IMG/VR virus record: IMGVR_UViG_3300032242_003291
Span: 253,260-317,259 of that record
Strand: one strand, 5' to 3'
Length of the DNA: 64,000 bases
The notes beneath the pieces were generated by a model. The model ran no database searches. It worked only from the letters and a program-made list of their open reading frames with translations, and had not been told where the DNA came from. The first letter of the stretch is position 1. Every line of letters begins with the position of its first letter. Below, piece by piece: positions 38,017 through 47,746 of this stretch. Position numbers and translations under genes: made by a program.

Positions 38017-40215
38017 TTAAAAATCTAATTTAACTACATATTGCTGAATACCTTGTCTCAATTCAGGAGATTGTAGTTTAGATATAACCATAAGGTCTTT
38101 ATTACTATTGTAAAGACCAATTTCAGTAACATAGGATGTTGTACCAGAAACCCAAGTTGGATTTGACGTATTGGTAAATTGATTTCTACCAAGATTAATT
38201 AGGTATTTCATCTCGTATATCGTTGCAGATATGTCAGTAGTTAGATTACCATAGAAATAATACTCATCACCAAAATTCAATGTGTCTGGTTGACCATTCA
38301 TTGGTATGTCGATGTAGTTATTCAATTGGTAAATTGTTGCTCCTGTTGCAGGATAATAGTCATCTTGATTGATTTGGAATGTAACACCTGTTAACGAATC
38401 TGTTGTAATAAATCCATTGTTCAAAGTCATTGCTGATGTAACATCAATCTCTCTCCATGCAGTTGCGGATGGTCTTGTATCACCTGTAACAAGTTGACAT
38501 AATAACTTCATCGAAGTTGCTGTGAATCCTGTCATACCTGATTGTGATAAGAACGGGAACTCAGCTCCGAATCTAACCGCCACGTTTTCAGTGTTTGCAG
38601 TTACGGAGTCAGCGGCTTTAATAACAGAATAGTAATTACAATGTAAAGATGATGTTGCACCTGACACAGTATCAAATCTATAAGTAACCCATAATCTTTG
38701 AGCTGGATTTGTCATTATACCTTCTTGTGTTGAACCATTTGGATAACAGATATTTGGTGTTATCAACGAAAGTTTTGGTGCTGGTAGAGTCCAGTTTCTG
38801 TTTGATTTGTTAGATAATGCGGCAATTACTTCTTCATCATCAATAACCACAATCTCTTGGTCTGGAAATACTTTTCCAATTCTATTTAAGTTGGCATTAC
38901 TATCAGGATTCAAATCCCATAGATGATAATATCTAATACCAGGGTCATTCATATCCAAATTCTTTGTTGATTTAATGTAATAAGGTATACATAAATCATA
39001 ACCTGGAGGGTCTATCCAAAATGTCTCACCTATAGTAGAACCTGTTGATTTGTGCCACATCAATGTAGGTATGTTAAGTTTGAAGTGTCTTGCCAAACCT
39101 ATATTATCATTTGGATTTTGTGGGTCAAATGGAACAGTTGAGAACTTCTCACCATATACGTTATCAATGTTTTGATTTGTATAGTGAATGATTGCAATCG
39201 CCTTTTGATTCTTTGGTGTAACTATAATTTTTTCATCGAAGGAGTTATAGTAAAATACCTTACTCGTATCTGTTTGACCACTCGGCTCTTGATATCCGAG
39301 ATATTCTTTAGTTCCAATATAAGTTACTGAATTATACATGTCATACCCTTGATAATAACTTGTGAATACGCCTGCAGGATTTTCAGACCAAGGAATATTC
39401 ATATTCCATATTGGTGTATCCAAACGTTGTGCAACATTACAAGGAGATTCAAAGTTCAGTACATCATTAGACCAATAAGGTGCTGGTGTATTAAAATCAT
39501 ATAATTGAGTCATGCCAGATGGGTAAATGTACGCTCTTGCATAATAGGTACCTGTATTAAGTAATGGGTATGATGGAACTGCTCTATCCAATGTAAGTGT
39601 GAAAGTTGTACCAGTTACTCCTGTTGTTGGAGTCATTGACTGAATCTTATATGTTAAAATTTGATTAGTGCCAAAAGTACCACATCCACCATTACCATCA
39701 AGAACTAATGTAACAAAATCATTAACTTGCGGAGTTCCTGTACAAGTTGGTGAACAAACTGAATAATCATATTCAACTGTAATTGATGTTTGACCTGTCA
39801 ATGTTGACATATCAACCCAATAGTTTGAAGTGATTGTGTAGGCTGAAGATGTTTGTATTTGAGTATTACCTGTTGTAAAAAATCCTTTTGGTCCCGCAGA
39901 ATTATATACCTCCTGAACAATACTATCCATATAAGGAATACCATATGTGTTACCCGCGCCACCTTGAACGTAATATGGATATTTTACGTTTTGTTTGTTT
40001 GATTCAGGAGAACCAGTATCATTTTGAGCATTGAATGCAGGCATCAAAATATTATTATTAACTTGATTATAATTGGTTACAGCTGAATAATTAACTTCAC
40101 TATCACCTATTTGGAAATAAGCAATATTAAAATTACCTTGGGAGATATATCTTCTTCCAACATCTGTAACTCTTGTGTTAATTAATCCTGAGGTATTTTT
40201 TAGAATATATGACAT
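38017..40215 (-). CDS. baseplate/tail structural protein
   Basis: N-terminal TDVGRRYIS...FQIGDSE and C-terminal YVTEIGLYN...ISKL typical of baseplate/fibre-attachment proteins; TATTTATA at 40220-40227. Confidence 0.7.
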   Translation of the reverse strand: MSYILKNTSGLINTRVTDVGRRYISQGNFNIAYFQIGDSEVNYSAVTNYNQVNNNILMPAFNAQNDTGSPESNKQNVKYPYYVQGGAGNTYGIPYMDSIVQEVYNSAGPKGFFTTGNTQIQTSSAYTITSNYWVDMSTLTGQTSITVEYDYSVCSPTCTGTPQVNDFVTLVLDGNGGCGTFGTNQILTYKIQSMTPTTGVTGTTFTLTLDRAVPSYPLLNTGTYYARAYIYPSGMTQLYDFNTPAPYWSNDVLNFESPCNVAQRLDTPIWNMNIPWSENPAGVFTSYYQGYDMYNSVTYIGTKEYLGYQEPSGQTDTSKVFYYNSFDEKIIVTPKNQKAIAIIHYTNQNIDNVYGEKFSTVPFDPQNPNDNIGLARHFKLNIPTLMWHKSTGSTIGETFWIDPPGYDLCIPYYIKSTKNLDMNDPGIRYYHLWDLNPDSNANLNRIGKVFPDQEIVVIDDEEVIAALSNKSNRNWTLPAPKLSLITPNICYPNGSTQEGIMTNPAQRLWVTYRFDTVSGATSSLHCNYYSVIKAADSVTANTENVAVRFGAEFPFLSQSGMTGFTATSMKLLCQLVTGDTRPSATAWREIDVTSAMTLNNGFITTDSLTGVTFQINQDDYYPATGATIYQLNNYIDIPMNGQPDTLNFGDEYYFYGNLTTDISATIYEMKYLINLGRNQFTNTSNPTWVSGTTSYVTEIGLYNSNKDLMVISKLQSPELRQGIQQYVVKLDF

Positions 40216-40249
40216 CTTATATAAATATTTTTGTTTTTACTTTATGGTA

Positions 40250-43204
40250 TTACATACAACACTCCAAACTATTTGTTACTGTTGAACCTCCATTTAAGAC
40301 AATAGCATTATTGTTATAATGTCCATATAAAGTTGGAGTACCATACACGTTATTGTTACAAATTGCATGATAATAGTTGTCAGCTTGAGTATAATATATG
40401 TCTACAGGGACTTTACTAATACAATCATAGTATCTTAACCAAACTGTATTATTCCAATTAGGAGTTGAGTTACCATAAGAAGCATCAAAATCCGAGGTGG
40501 TTAAAACAAGATTATAATACGTACAATCACATGACGATACAGGGTCAGCATTTTTCTGATATGATGTCGTAACATCAATTGTATCTACAGTATCTCCTGC
40601 AACTGATGTACAACAAATACATCCATTTATTATAGGATTAGTTATATGTCCACTAATTTTTCCTTCCAAAACAGTAACACAACTATTTGTACTTATTTGT
40701 CCGTCAGTTATTACTAAATCTGATGTGCTTGTTACTAATATAGTAGAGGTACTTGATAAAGTAATATTATATGATTGGGTGTCCGTTATTGTTGTTTGAG
40801 ACTCAGGACTACAATTTGGTCTCGTTGTTGTATTGGTAGTTGTTTTTGGATTTAATGCAACAAGATTATTACCGTCTTGTGATACCACAATTCCATTTGA
40901 TATTGTACCAGTACCTGGTCCGTTCACAATTTTGAATGAAGAGAAGTCCAAGGTAGCTTGTATTGTTACTCCCGTTGGTATTGCTGGTGTTGAAATTATA
41001 TTATATCTACTTACTCCCGAATTTTTATTCGATGAAGGATTTGTTTGTGAATCGACTAATTTAAATGATAATTGATATGTTGTTGGTGCTTGATTAAATC
41101 CAATTGTAATAACATTTGATAAAGTTGTCCCTGAAGAATCTTTAACCAATGTAGTATATGTGTTCGGACATAAATTGAAGAAGAAGTTACTTGTTTGCCA
41201 AGTCAATCCATTATTGATTGAATATACATATGGTGATGTACCATAAGATGCAGCAATCGTAATTGAACCATCACAGTTTTGTGTTCCATTACAAGTACTA
41301 TTTTGATAAGTAACTTGAGCTTGTAAAGGTACTTTGGTAGGACAATCACCTTCAGTCATTGTGACTGTATAAGTTATACTTCCTCCAGCCACTTGCCATA
41401 AAGCCGTTGGAATATTAGATGTTGTTGTACTTACGAATATTCCACCTCCATCGGAAATAAATGGTGTCTTCATATCTTGTTCAACAATTTCCCAAACAAG
41501 ATTATTCCAAATAATATTATAAGTCCCGTTTGTCCAAGTAGTTTTTCCATTAAACATACCATTACATGTAAATTGTAATGGACCATAGGAAGTTGTACTA
41601 CTAATTGCAACAAAACATAATTTAGGACATGTACCTGAAGGAGTAACAGTTGGAGTTGCAGTCACTGTTGGTGTTGGAGTTGATGTAGGTGCAAAAATAC
41701 TACAAATTGTTGTTGCTGTATAATCACGATAATAATCAATAACCGTGCATTGATAAGTTCCTCCTGAAATTCCTGATAATGTTTGATTTCTTTGTCCATT
41801 ATCCCAATAAAACGAATAAGGGCTTGTTCCACCAGTTACATTCAAAGATAAAATTCCATCATTTGAGTTTGCAGAAGATGGATACTTAATAACATTACAA
41901 GTTGCACCCATGTCAAACAATGTGAACACCTGACAATCGTTTTGAGGTTTATATACTGGTAAATTACTTGAGGTTGGAGTAATTGATGGAGTTAATGTAG
42001 GAGTTGGTGAAGATGTGATTGAAGGTGTGGGTGTAACTGCTGGTGTCGATGTTGTTGTTGGCGTAGGTGTTGGTGTTGGTGTTACACAATTTGCGGCATA
42101 ACTGACGTATAACTTAGTCACACCATTTGTTGCTTTTGAATAATCTAATGTGATAGGTAAACCGACTTGTGTTCCTTGAACAAAATTTCCACAGCAATCG
42201 GTATAATAATAATTTCCTGTTGTAATACCTTGACCACAATTAAGTTGTGTAGTTGTAGGTGTTGGGTTGGGCGTTCTTGTCATTGTAGGTGTATTAGTAG
42301 GTGTAGAAGTGTTTGTTGGTGTTGGCGTGGGTGTATTTGAAGGTGCTGGTGTACTGGTTGATGTTGGTGTTGGCGTCGGTGTATTACTAGATGTTGGTGT
42401 CGGTGTTGGTGCAACGCAGTATTGATAACTAACACAATTTCCACTACATGTTGAATAAACGTATCCTGATGGACAAGTATATCCTGAAGATGTGTAGTTT
42501 CCATTTATGTCTTGAGCAAGAGTAAATTGTGTAACATTACCTGTTGTAAAGATAATATTCAAATCATTCATTGTAGTTGCTCCTGTTAATTGAGCCAATG
42601 TGTTGTCGTAAATTTCACATCCGAAACCAGCAGGATTTGTACTTCCACCTGGGTCGTTCAATCCGTATAATTCCAACGTATGATTTCCAGCCCCAATTTC
42701 AACAGGGTATACATGCCAGTAGGTAAATGCACTATATTGACCTGAATAAGGTGCTGGTGAAGCCTTTGTGTTCAAGATTTGAACTCCGTCTAATACAAGT
42801 CTAAATTCATTATCCGCAGCAATACCAACATAATAGGTTTTTGTTGCAATAAATCCTGTTAAACATTTTGAAAATCCTAACCAAGTGTTAATCGGAGTCG
42901 CATTTAATGCAGTTGTATCCCAAATTGCGGTTCTATTCAAAGGTCCTTGACTTGAAGATAAACCTGGGTTAGCCCAAATATTGTTTGTTGTAACTATACC
43001 ATAAGTTGTACCTGTACCACAAACTGAAAATCCTGGTTCATAAAATACAGTACCGTATCTTGAATATAAATTGTATGACGTTCTTACAACAGGTAAGATT
43101 GTTGTAGGAGGCGTAGCCCCAACCACAACCTCTCTAAAACAAGAGTTGTCGTCATATGGGTACCAAGTATACGCTGGATTACAATCTGAACAGTTATATG
43201 CCAT
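40250..43204 (-). CDS. Cys-rich, Pro/Thr-linker surface protein with PA14-like domain and SprB repeats
   Basis: PTPT linkers; two SprB-like repeats; N-terminal domain shared with the fibre at 5820-8891. Confidence 0.75.
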   Translation of the reverse strand: MAYNCSDCNPAYTWYPYDDNSCFREVVVGATPPTTILPVVRTSYNLYSRYGTVFYEPGFSVCGTGTTYGIVTTNNIWANPGLSSSQGPLNRTAIWDTTALNATPINTWLGFSKCLTGFIATKTYYVGIAADNEFRLVLDGVQILNTKASPAPYSGQYSAFTYWHVYPVEIGAGNHTLELYGLNDPGGSTNPAGFGCEIYDNTLAQLTGATTMNDLNIIFTTGNVTQFTLAQDINGNYTSSGYTCPSGYVYSTCSGNCVSYQYCVAPTPTPTSSNTPTPTPTSTSTPAPSNTPTPTPTNTSTPTNTPTMTRTPNPTPTTTQLNCGQGITTGNYYYTDCCGNFVQGTQVGLPITLDYSKATNGVTKLYVSYAANCVTPTPTPTPTTTSTPAVTPTPSITSSPTPTLTPSITPTSSNLPVYKPQNDCQVFTLFDMGATCNVIKYPSSANSNDGILSLNVTGGTSPYSFYWDNGQRNQTLSGISGGTYQCTVIDYYRDYTATTICSIFAPTSTPTPTVTATPTVTPSGTCPKLCFVAISSTTSYGPLQFTCNGMFNGKTTWTNGTYNIIWNNLVWEIVEQDMKTPFISDGGGIFVSTTTSNIPTALWQVAGGSITYTVTMTEGDCPTKVPLQAQVTYQNSTCNGTQNCDGSITIAASYGTSPYVYSINNGLTWQTSNFFFNLCPNTYTTLVKDSSGTTLSNVITIGFNQAPTTYQLSFKLVDSQTNPSSNKNSGVSRYNIISTPAIPTGVTIQATLDFSSFKIVNGPGTGTISNGIVVSQDGNNLVALNPKTTTNTTTRPNCSPESQTTITDTQSYNITLSSTSTILVTSTSDLVITDGQISTNSCVTVLEGKISGHITNPIINGCICCTSVAGDTVDTIDVTTSYQKNADPVSSCDCTYYNLVLTTSDFDASYGNSTPNWNNTVWLRYYDCISKVPVDIYYTQADNYYHAICNNNVYGTPTLYGHYNNNAIVLNGGSTVTNSLECCM

Positions 43205-43271
43205 TTATGATGTTATTATATCCTATAAGTATAGGTTTTAATGATATTTTGTATAGGTTTATCATATCTAA

Positions 43272-43916
43272 CTAACACTGTACAAAGTTTACTATCTCAC
43301 CAACAACGTTAATCTGCACCGCATAATAATTACTTCCCCACCCCATTTTAATCCATCTATTTTGACCATTAAATGGATTATATAAAGTAATACCAACTTT
43401 AGTTTGATAAACCACAGCACCATTAACAGGGACTGAATTTGCTTGACTAATGTAAGTGTAATAGTTATTAACCGTAATGGTTTCATTACAAGTATTTGCT
43501 GAGGTCACGGAAGTTGTTTGACCGATAGCGTGTGTTGCGATTGCTGGCGTTAAGGATGGTGTTGGTGTAAAAGTTGGTGTAACTGTAGGTGTTGCAGATT
43601 GTGTTGGAGTTATTGTTGGTGTTACTGATTCAGTTGGTGTTTGTGTTATAGTTTGACTTGGAGTTATTGTTGGTGTTGGTGTATGACTGGCTGTGGGTGT
43701 AGGTGTGATTAATACAACATTACCGTCAATACATCCTTGTGTATCAACAATCTTTACAACAAAATCTACTGTATCATAAGGGTCTGGTACATCAAATACA
43801 AATGGAAATGTTGATACAGTTGCAACATAAACACAACTTGCACTATATGAATCACAATAGTATATGTTTACTGGTGTGTTAGCCGTTACTGATGTTATGG
43901 TTACTTGTTGACTCAT
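43272..43916 (-). CDS. Pro/Thr-linker surface protein
   Basis: Likely start MSQQ at 43916 (ATGA overlap); small beta domain, PT linker, C-terminal domain. Confidence 0.75.
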   Translation of the reverse strand: MSQQVTITSVTANTPVNIYYCDSYSASCVYVATVSTFPFVFDVPDPYDTVDFVVKIVDTQGCIDGNVVLITPTPTASHTPTPTITPSQTITQTPTESVTPTITPTQSATPTVTPTFTPTPSLTPAIATHAIGQTTSVTSANTCNETITVNNYYTYISQANSVPVNGAVVYQTKVGITLYNPFNGQNRWIKMGWGSNYYAVQINVVGEIVNFVQC

Positions 43917-44131
43917 TGAACTACTGTTACTCCTGAAATTATACAATTATTATTATCAATCACTTTCAACATATAAGATGGTGAAGTGTTGTATGGCGAT
44001 GGTATGTCAAATATGTATGGAGTTGAACTTATTGTTGTAATATAAAAACAAGCCGAGCCATTGGGTTGACAAACAAACACATCGTATGGTGATTGTCCTG
44101 TTATACTATCTATTGTTACTTGAATTGCCAT
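43913..44131 (-). CDS. small beta-rich protein, paralog of the N-domain of the downstream gene
   Basis: QVTIDSITGQSPYDVFVC...KVIDNNNCI versus QVTITSVTANTPVNIYYC...KIVDTQGCI. Confidence 0.75.
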   Translation of the reverse strand: MAIQVTIDSITGQSPYDVFVCQPNGSACFYITTISSTPYIFDIPSPYNTSPSYMLKVIDNNNCIISGVTVVQ

Positions 44132-44144
44132 TATCTTAAATATT

Positions 44145-47100
44145 TTAACAAGCTACCGAACTATATGTTACGTTAGGATTATCGGTACCTGAAACACAAC
44201 TTCCACAAATACTTGCACCCTGAGGGAAGTATTGTCCTTGTCCGTTACATACATCAGTTTGTCCACTATTTGTTCCCGCCTGAACAAGGACAAAGAATGA
44301 TGCCGTACTATTCAAATAAATAGGGTTAAGACATTGTGTACCACTATTACCATTTTGATAATAAACAGTAACATTCACTAGTGTATCCACACTAACATTA
44401 TTATCCAAATAAACTGATGCACCCATAAAGTCATCAATAGTTCCTCCAACGCAAGGTTGCATAAACCCACCTGCTTGAGTTACTTTTGATGGTGGTTTTG
44501 TTTGACAAGTATTACAATCATCATAGGTTATTGTAGGTGCGGAAGAGAAATAATCTCCTGTAAACGTAATTGGCGTTGTATTTTGCGGTGCAATATAGTT
44601 AGAATCATATCTACCTAAATAAATCCAACAATTACCACTACCATCTTTGAATGTTTGATTTGCCGATATTGTGAATGATAATGGTAATGTTTGTATTACT
44701 GTTATTATGTTTCCTGATATTGTTGAACAACTTTGGGCAACATAGACATATACTGGCGATGGAGTCATAGTCGGAGTTTCAGTTGGCGTTGGTGTGTTGG
44801 TCGCGGTTTCTGTAGGTGTTTGTGTCATAGTTGGAGTCGGTGTAGGTGTATCACTACCTGTTGGAGTTGGAGAACTACCAATAGTTGGAGTAGTCGATGG
44901 TGTTGCTGTTTGGCTTGCAGTTTGAGTTGGTGTTACAGGAGATGTTGTAACAGGTGTACTTGTTTGAGTTGGTGTAGGTGTAGGGGTGTTTGTTGCTGTA
45001 GTTGTAACTGATGGGGTAGGAGTTGGATAGATTGAACAATAAGCACAAGAACCATATATTTGATATATGAAGTTAACAGTAGAATTAGATGAAATATTAC
45101 TGTCGTCTCTTGTATACGTAACACACATATTTTCATTGTTGATGTTTGCAAAGAATGTTGTTCCTGTAATAATACTTACCCCACTAAACACTAATGAATC
45201 TGAAGTATATAATTCTTTACCTGTATCACAATTTGTTAAAACTTTTGCAGATACACAACTAAATCTCTCATCTAACATAACAAATGTTGCCTTACCTTGA
45301 ACATCAACAGTTCTTGTTAACGTCACAGATGGTGTATTTGTTATTGTTGGAGTAATTGCTGGTGTGTAACCACTCATAGTGAATGAAATTGCTTTGTTAT
45401 CACAAATCATTCCTGTTGGTGAAGGTGTTGGTGTTAAACCAAATGAGTTTATATCAAAATTAACATCAGCACAAGCAACACTCGGTGTTGGTGTTGGCAA
45501 TGGTTCCCAATCACAATCAAAATATGCATTGAAATCAAAAGTATTACAATTGATTGGCGTTGGTGTTGGTGTAGGACAAACTCCTCCTGTGAATTCATTT
45601 GCAGAAATATCAGGACATTGAGAATAACATGGTGTTGCTCCTTGTAATATACAAGAACCACCAAGACTATTACTTAAACACCATGCACTTCCGTTATAAT
45701 AAATGTATGCTGTTGTAACACCATCCCCAACATAATACTGTCTTGTATTATATGTTCCCGCATCCGTGTAATTTCCATTGTAATTCAATAGACTTGATAA
45801 AGATGACCTTAAACAAAATGTACTATAAGAACATGGTGCTGCGGTTGATGAAACCGTTGGTGTCATTGTTGGTGTTGTATATGGTGTTGGTGTTGGACTT
45901 GGATTTAATAAACACGATTTACAATCAGAATAACTTGGTGCACCTAAATCGGGACCACCAGGACCTGAGAATTCAATCCAAGAATAACATTCTCCACTAT
46001 AAATGTAAGTCGCACCAACAAATGCAGTGTCTTCTTCAACGTTTGCATAAAATACCGTTTGGTCTGTACACTTACTAAGTAAAGAGGCTTTATTAGCTGA
46101 CCTTGGACAAATATTATCACCACATCCTCCATCAGTCATCAAGAAAGAAACCCCATATCCATTATATTGTGGACCTGTACCATCATTTATCACACTCGTT
46201 GCACAACCTGTAAATTGAGTGCTACCTGTAATATAATATGTGACACCAATTGTGGATGGAATTGCTGGGTCATTAAATCTAAAAATGTTAGTTGCGTTAG
46301 AACAATCTACAAATTGAACAGTATAACCTAATGTAGGTGAAGGTGTTGGAGTCTGTGTTGGCGTCTGTGTTGGCGTTTCAGTATTAGTTGGAGTTGGTGT
46401 TGGAGTATCACTACCTGTCGGTGTTGGCGTTTCAGTATTAGTTGGAGTTGGTGTTGGAGTATCACTACCTGTTGGTGTTGGCGTTTCAGTATTAGTTTGA
46501 GTTGGAGTCTGAGTTGGCGTTTCAGTATTAGTTGGAGTTGGTGTTGGAGTATCACTACCTGTAGGAGTTTGAGTTGGAGTTATTGTTGGGTCAGGTGTTG
46601 AAGTTGGTGTCGGGTCTGGTGGAGGTGCAATACATGCCAAATCAAAACAATCCGCAGGTGCTGGAAATAATAAAGTATCTAAATCAAAATCAAATGGCTG
46701 TGGTGTTTGACTTGGAGCAACGTCAGGTAACAAATAACAAGTGTATATAGAAGTTTGAACCCAACTACCTTGTAAACCACCATTTGTACTTCTTCCTATT
46801 TTTGTACCTACACCAGTACAAGGTGACATACTATAATAGTAGTAGGACACGGAAGGTGTAGATGCTGGTGTTGAATCAGGTGTAGATGCTGGTGTTGAAT
46901 CAGGTGTAGATGCTGGTGTTGAATCAGGTGTTGGTGTTGGTGTAGTAATATCACCTGGACAATATTGACCACAAGAACCCAAGTCGGTTAAAAATCCAAC
47001 ATATGGGCCAGTTATACTAATTGCACATACACTATCACCATAATTTATATCTACGTTACTGTAACTTACATTATTACAATCTGTATAATAAAACCCACCG

Positions 47101-47465
47101 TAATTACCAGAATTATTATAATATGTGGTACATTGAATACATGGGATTGTAGGTGTAACAGTTGGAGTTGGGTCTGGTGTTGGTGGTGGTCCACAAAGGA
47201 TTCCAGTGTTAATGAATGAACTATTTAATGCATCAATTTGTGCATCATTCTGATAATAGAAAGCAGTTGTAGTTCCAAATTCATCAAAACAGGTTGAAGC
47301 ACTATAAGTTCCTGAAGAAGTGTAACTTTCAGTTATTGTGTTACCTAAACAGTCTTGATACATCATATAAACTGTTCCGTCAACATATGGATAACTTCCG
47401 CTGTTGCCGAATGAGTTTGCAATGTCAACACCATCAATATAAAGCTCTAAATATTTACACGCCAT
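44145..47465 (-). CDS. large Cys-rich, mucin-like Pro/Thr surface protein
   Basis: Many small Cys domains separated by TPTPT linkers; TATTTATA at 47481-47488. Confidence 0.8.
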   Translation of the reverse strand: MACKYLELYIDGVDIANSFGNSGSYPYVDGTVYMMYQDCLGNTITESYTSSGTYSASTCFDEFGTTTAFYYQNDAQIDALNSSFINTGILCGPPPTPDPTPTVTPTIPCIQCTTYYNNSGNYGGFYYTDCNNVSYSNVDINYGDSVCAISITGPYVGFLTDLGSCGQYCPGDITTPTPTPDSTPASTPDSTPASTPDSTPASTPSVSYYYYSMSPCTGVGTKIGRSTNGGLQGSWVQTSIYTCYLLPDVAPSQTPQPFDFDLDTLLFPAPADCFDLACIAPPPDPTPTSTPDPTITPTQTPTGSDTPTPTPTNTETPTQTPTQTNTETPTPTGSDTPTPTPTNTETPTPTGSDTPTPTPTNTETPTQTPTQTPTPSPTLGYTVQFVDCSNATNIFRFNDPAIPSTIGVTYYITGSTQFTGCATSVINDGTGPQYNGYGVSFLMTDGGCGDNICPRSANKASLLSKCTDQTVFYANVEEDTAFVGATYIYSGECYSWIEFSGPGGPDLGAPSYSDCKSCLLNPSPTPTPYTTPTMTPTVSSTAAPCSYSTFCLRSSLSSLLNYNGNYTDAGTYNTRQYYVGDGVTTAYIYYNGSAWCLSNSLGGSCILQGATPCYSQCPDISANEFTGGVCPTPTPTPINCNTFDFNAYFDCDWEPLPTPTPSVACADVNFDINSFGLTPTPSPTGMICDNKAISFTMSGYTPAITPTITNTPSVTLTRTVDVQGKATFVMLDERFSCVSAKVLTNCDTGKELYTSDSLVFSGVSIITGTTFFANINNENMCVTYTRDDSNISSNSTVNFIYQIYGSCAYCSIYPTPTPSVTTTATNTPTPTPTQTSTPVTTSPVTPTQTASQTATPSTTPTIGSSPTPTGSDTPTPTPTMTQTPTETATNTPTPTETPTMTPSPVYVYVAQSCSTISGNIITVIQTLPLSFTISANQTFKDGSGNCWIYLGRYDSNYIAPQNTTPITFTGDYFSSAPTITYDDCNTCQTKPPSKVTQAGGFMQPCVGGTIDDFMGASVYLDNNVSVDTLVNVTVYYQNGNSGTQCLNPIYLNSTASFFVLVQAGTNSGQTDVCNGQGQYFPQGASICGSCVSGTDNPNVTYSSVAC
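46372..46562. repeat. intragenic repeat encoding GSDTPTPTPTNTETP
   Basis: GGCGTTTCAGTATTAGTTGGAGTTGGTGTTGGAGTATCACTACCTGT occurs three times. Confidence 0.85.
46855..46926. repeat. perfect 24-bp tandem repeat x3 (DSTPASTP)
   Basis: GGTGTAGATGCTGGTGTTGAATCA x3. Confidence 0.9.
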
Positions 47466-47569
47466 ATCATTATCTTACACTATAAATAACCAGTTATTTG
47501 TTTTTATACAAGAAAATATAGTTTTATCTAAAACTAAATAAAGGGCGGTCAGGACTATATTTATGATAT

Positions 47570-47746
47570 ATGAAACTTCTAAAGACAATAAAAAAAATTA
47601 TACAAGAGGCTGAGGAGCAATACAACGCTGCGTCCGAAACAAATTTACCATTAGAAGAAATCGACAGATTAGAGAAACATTATAAAGATTCTCTCAGATT
47701 ACTTAGATTGTATAATTCGAAACAAGAAAAAAAAGAAAAAAAATAA
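47570..47746 (+). CDS. small helical protein (not in the ORF track)
   Basis: MKLLKTIKKIIQEAEEQY...KEKK*, 58 aa; preceded by TATTTATG; carries the N-terminal tag. Confidence 0.65.
   Translation: MKLLKTIKKIIQEAEEQYNAASETNLPLEEIDRLEKHYKDSLRLLRLYNSKQEKKEKK

Noticed and set aside
8912-47488. Plus-strand TATAAATA as T4 late promoters
   Set aside because: They point away from the adjacent minus-strand genes; the sense-strand motif is TATTTATA.
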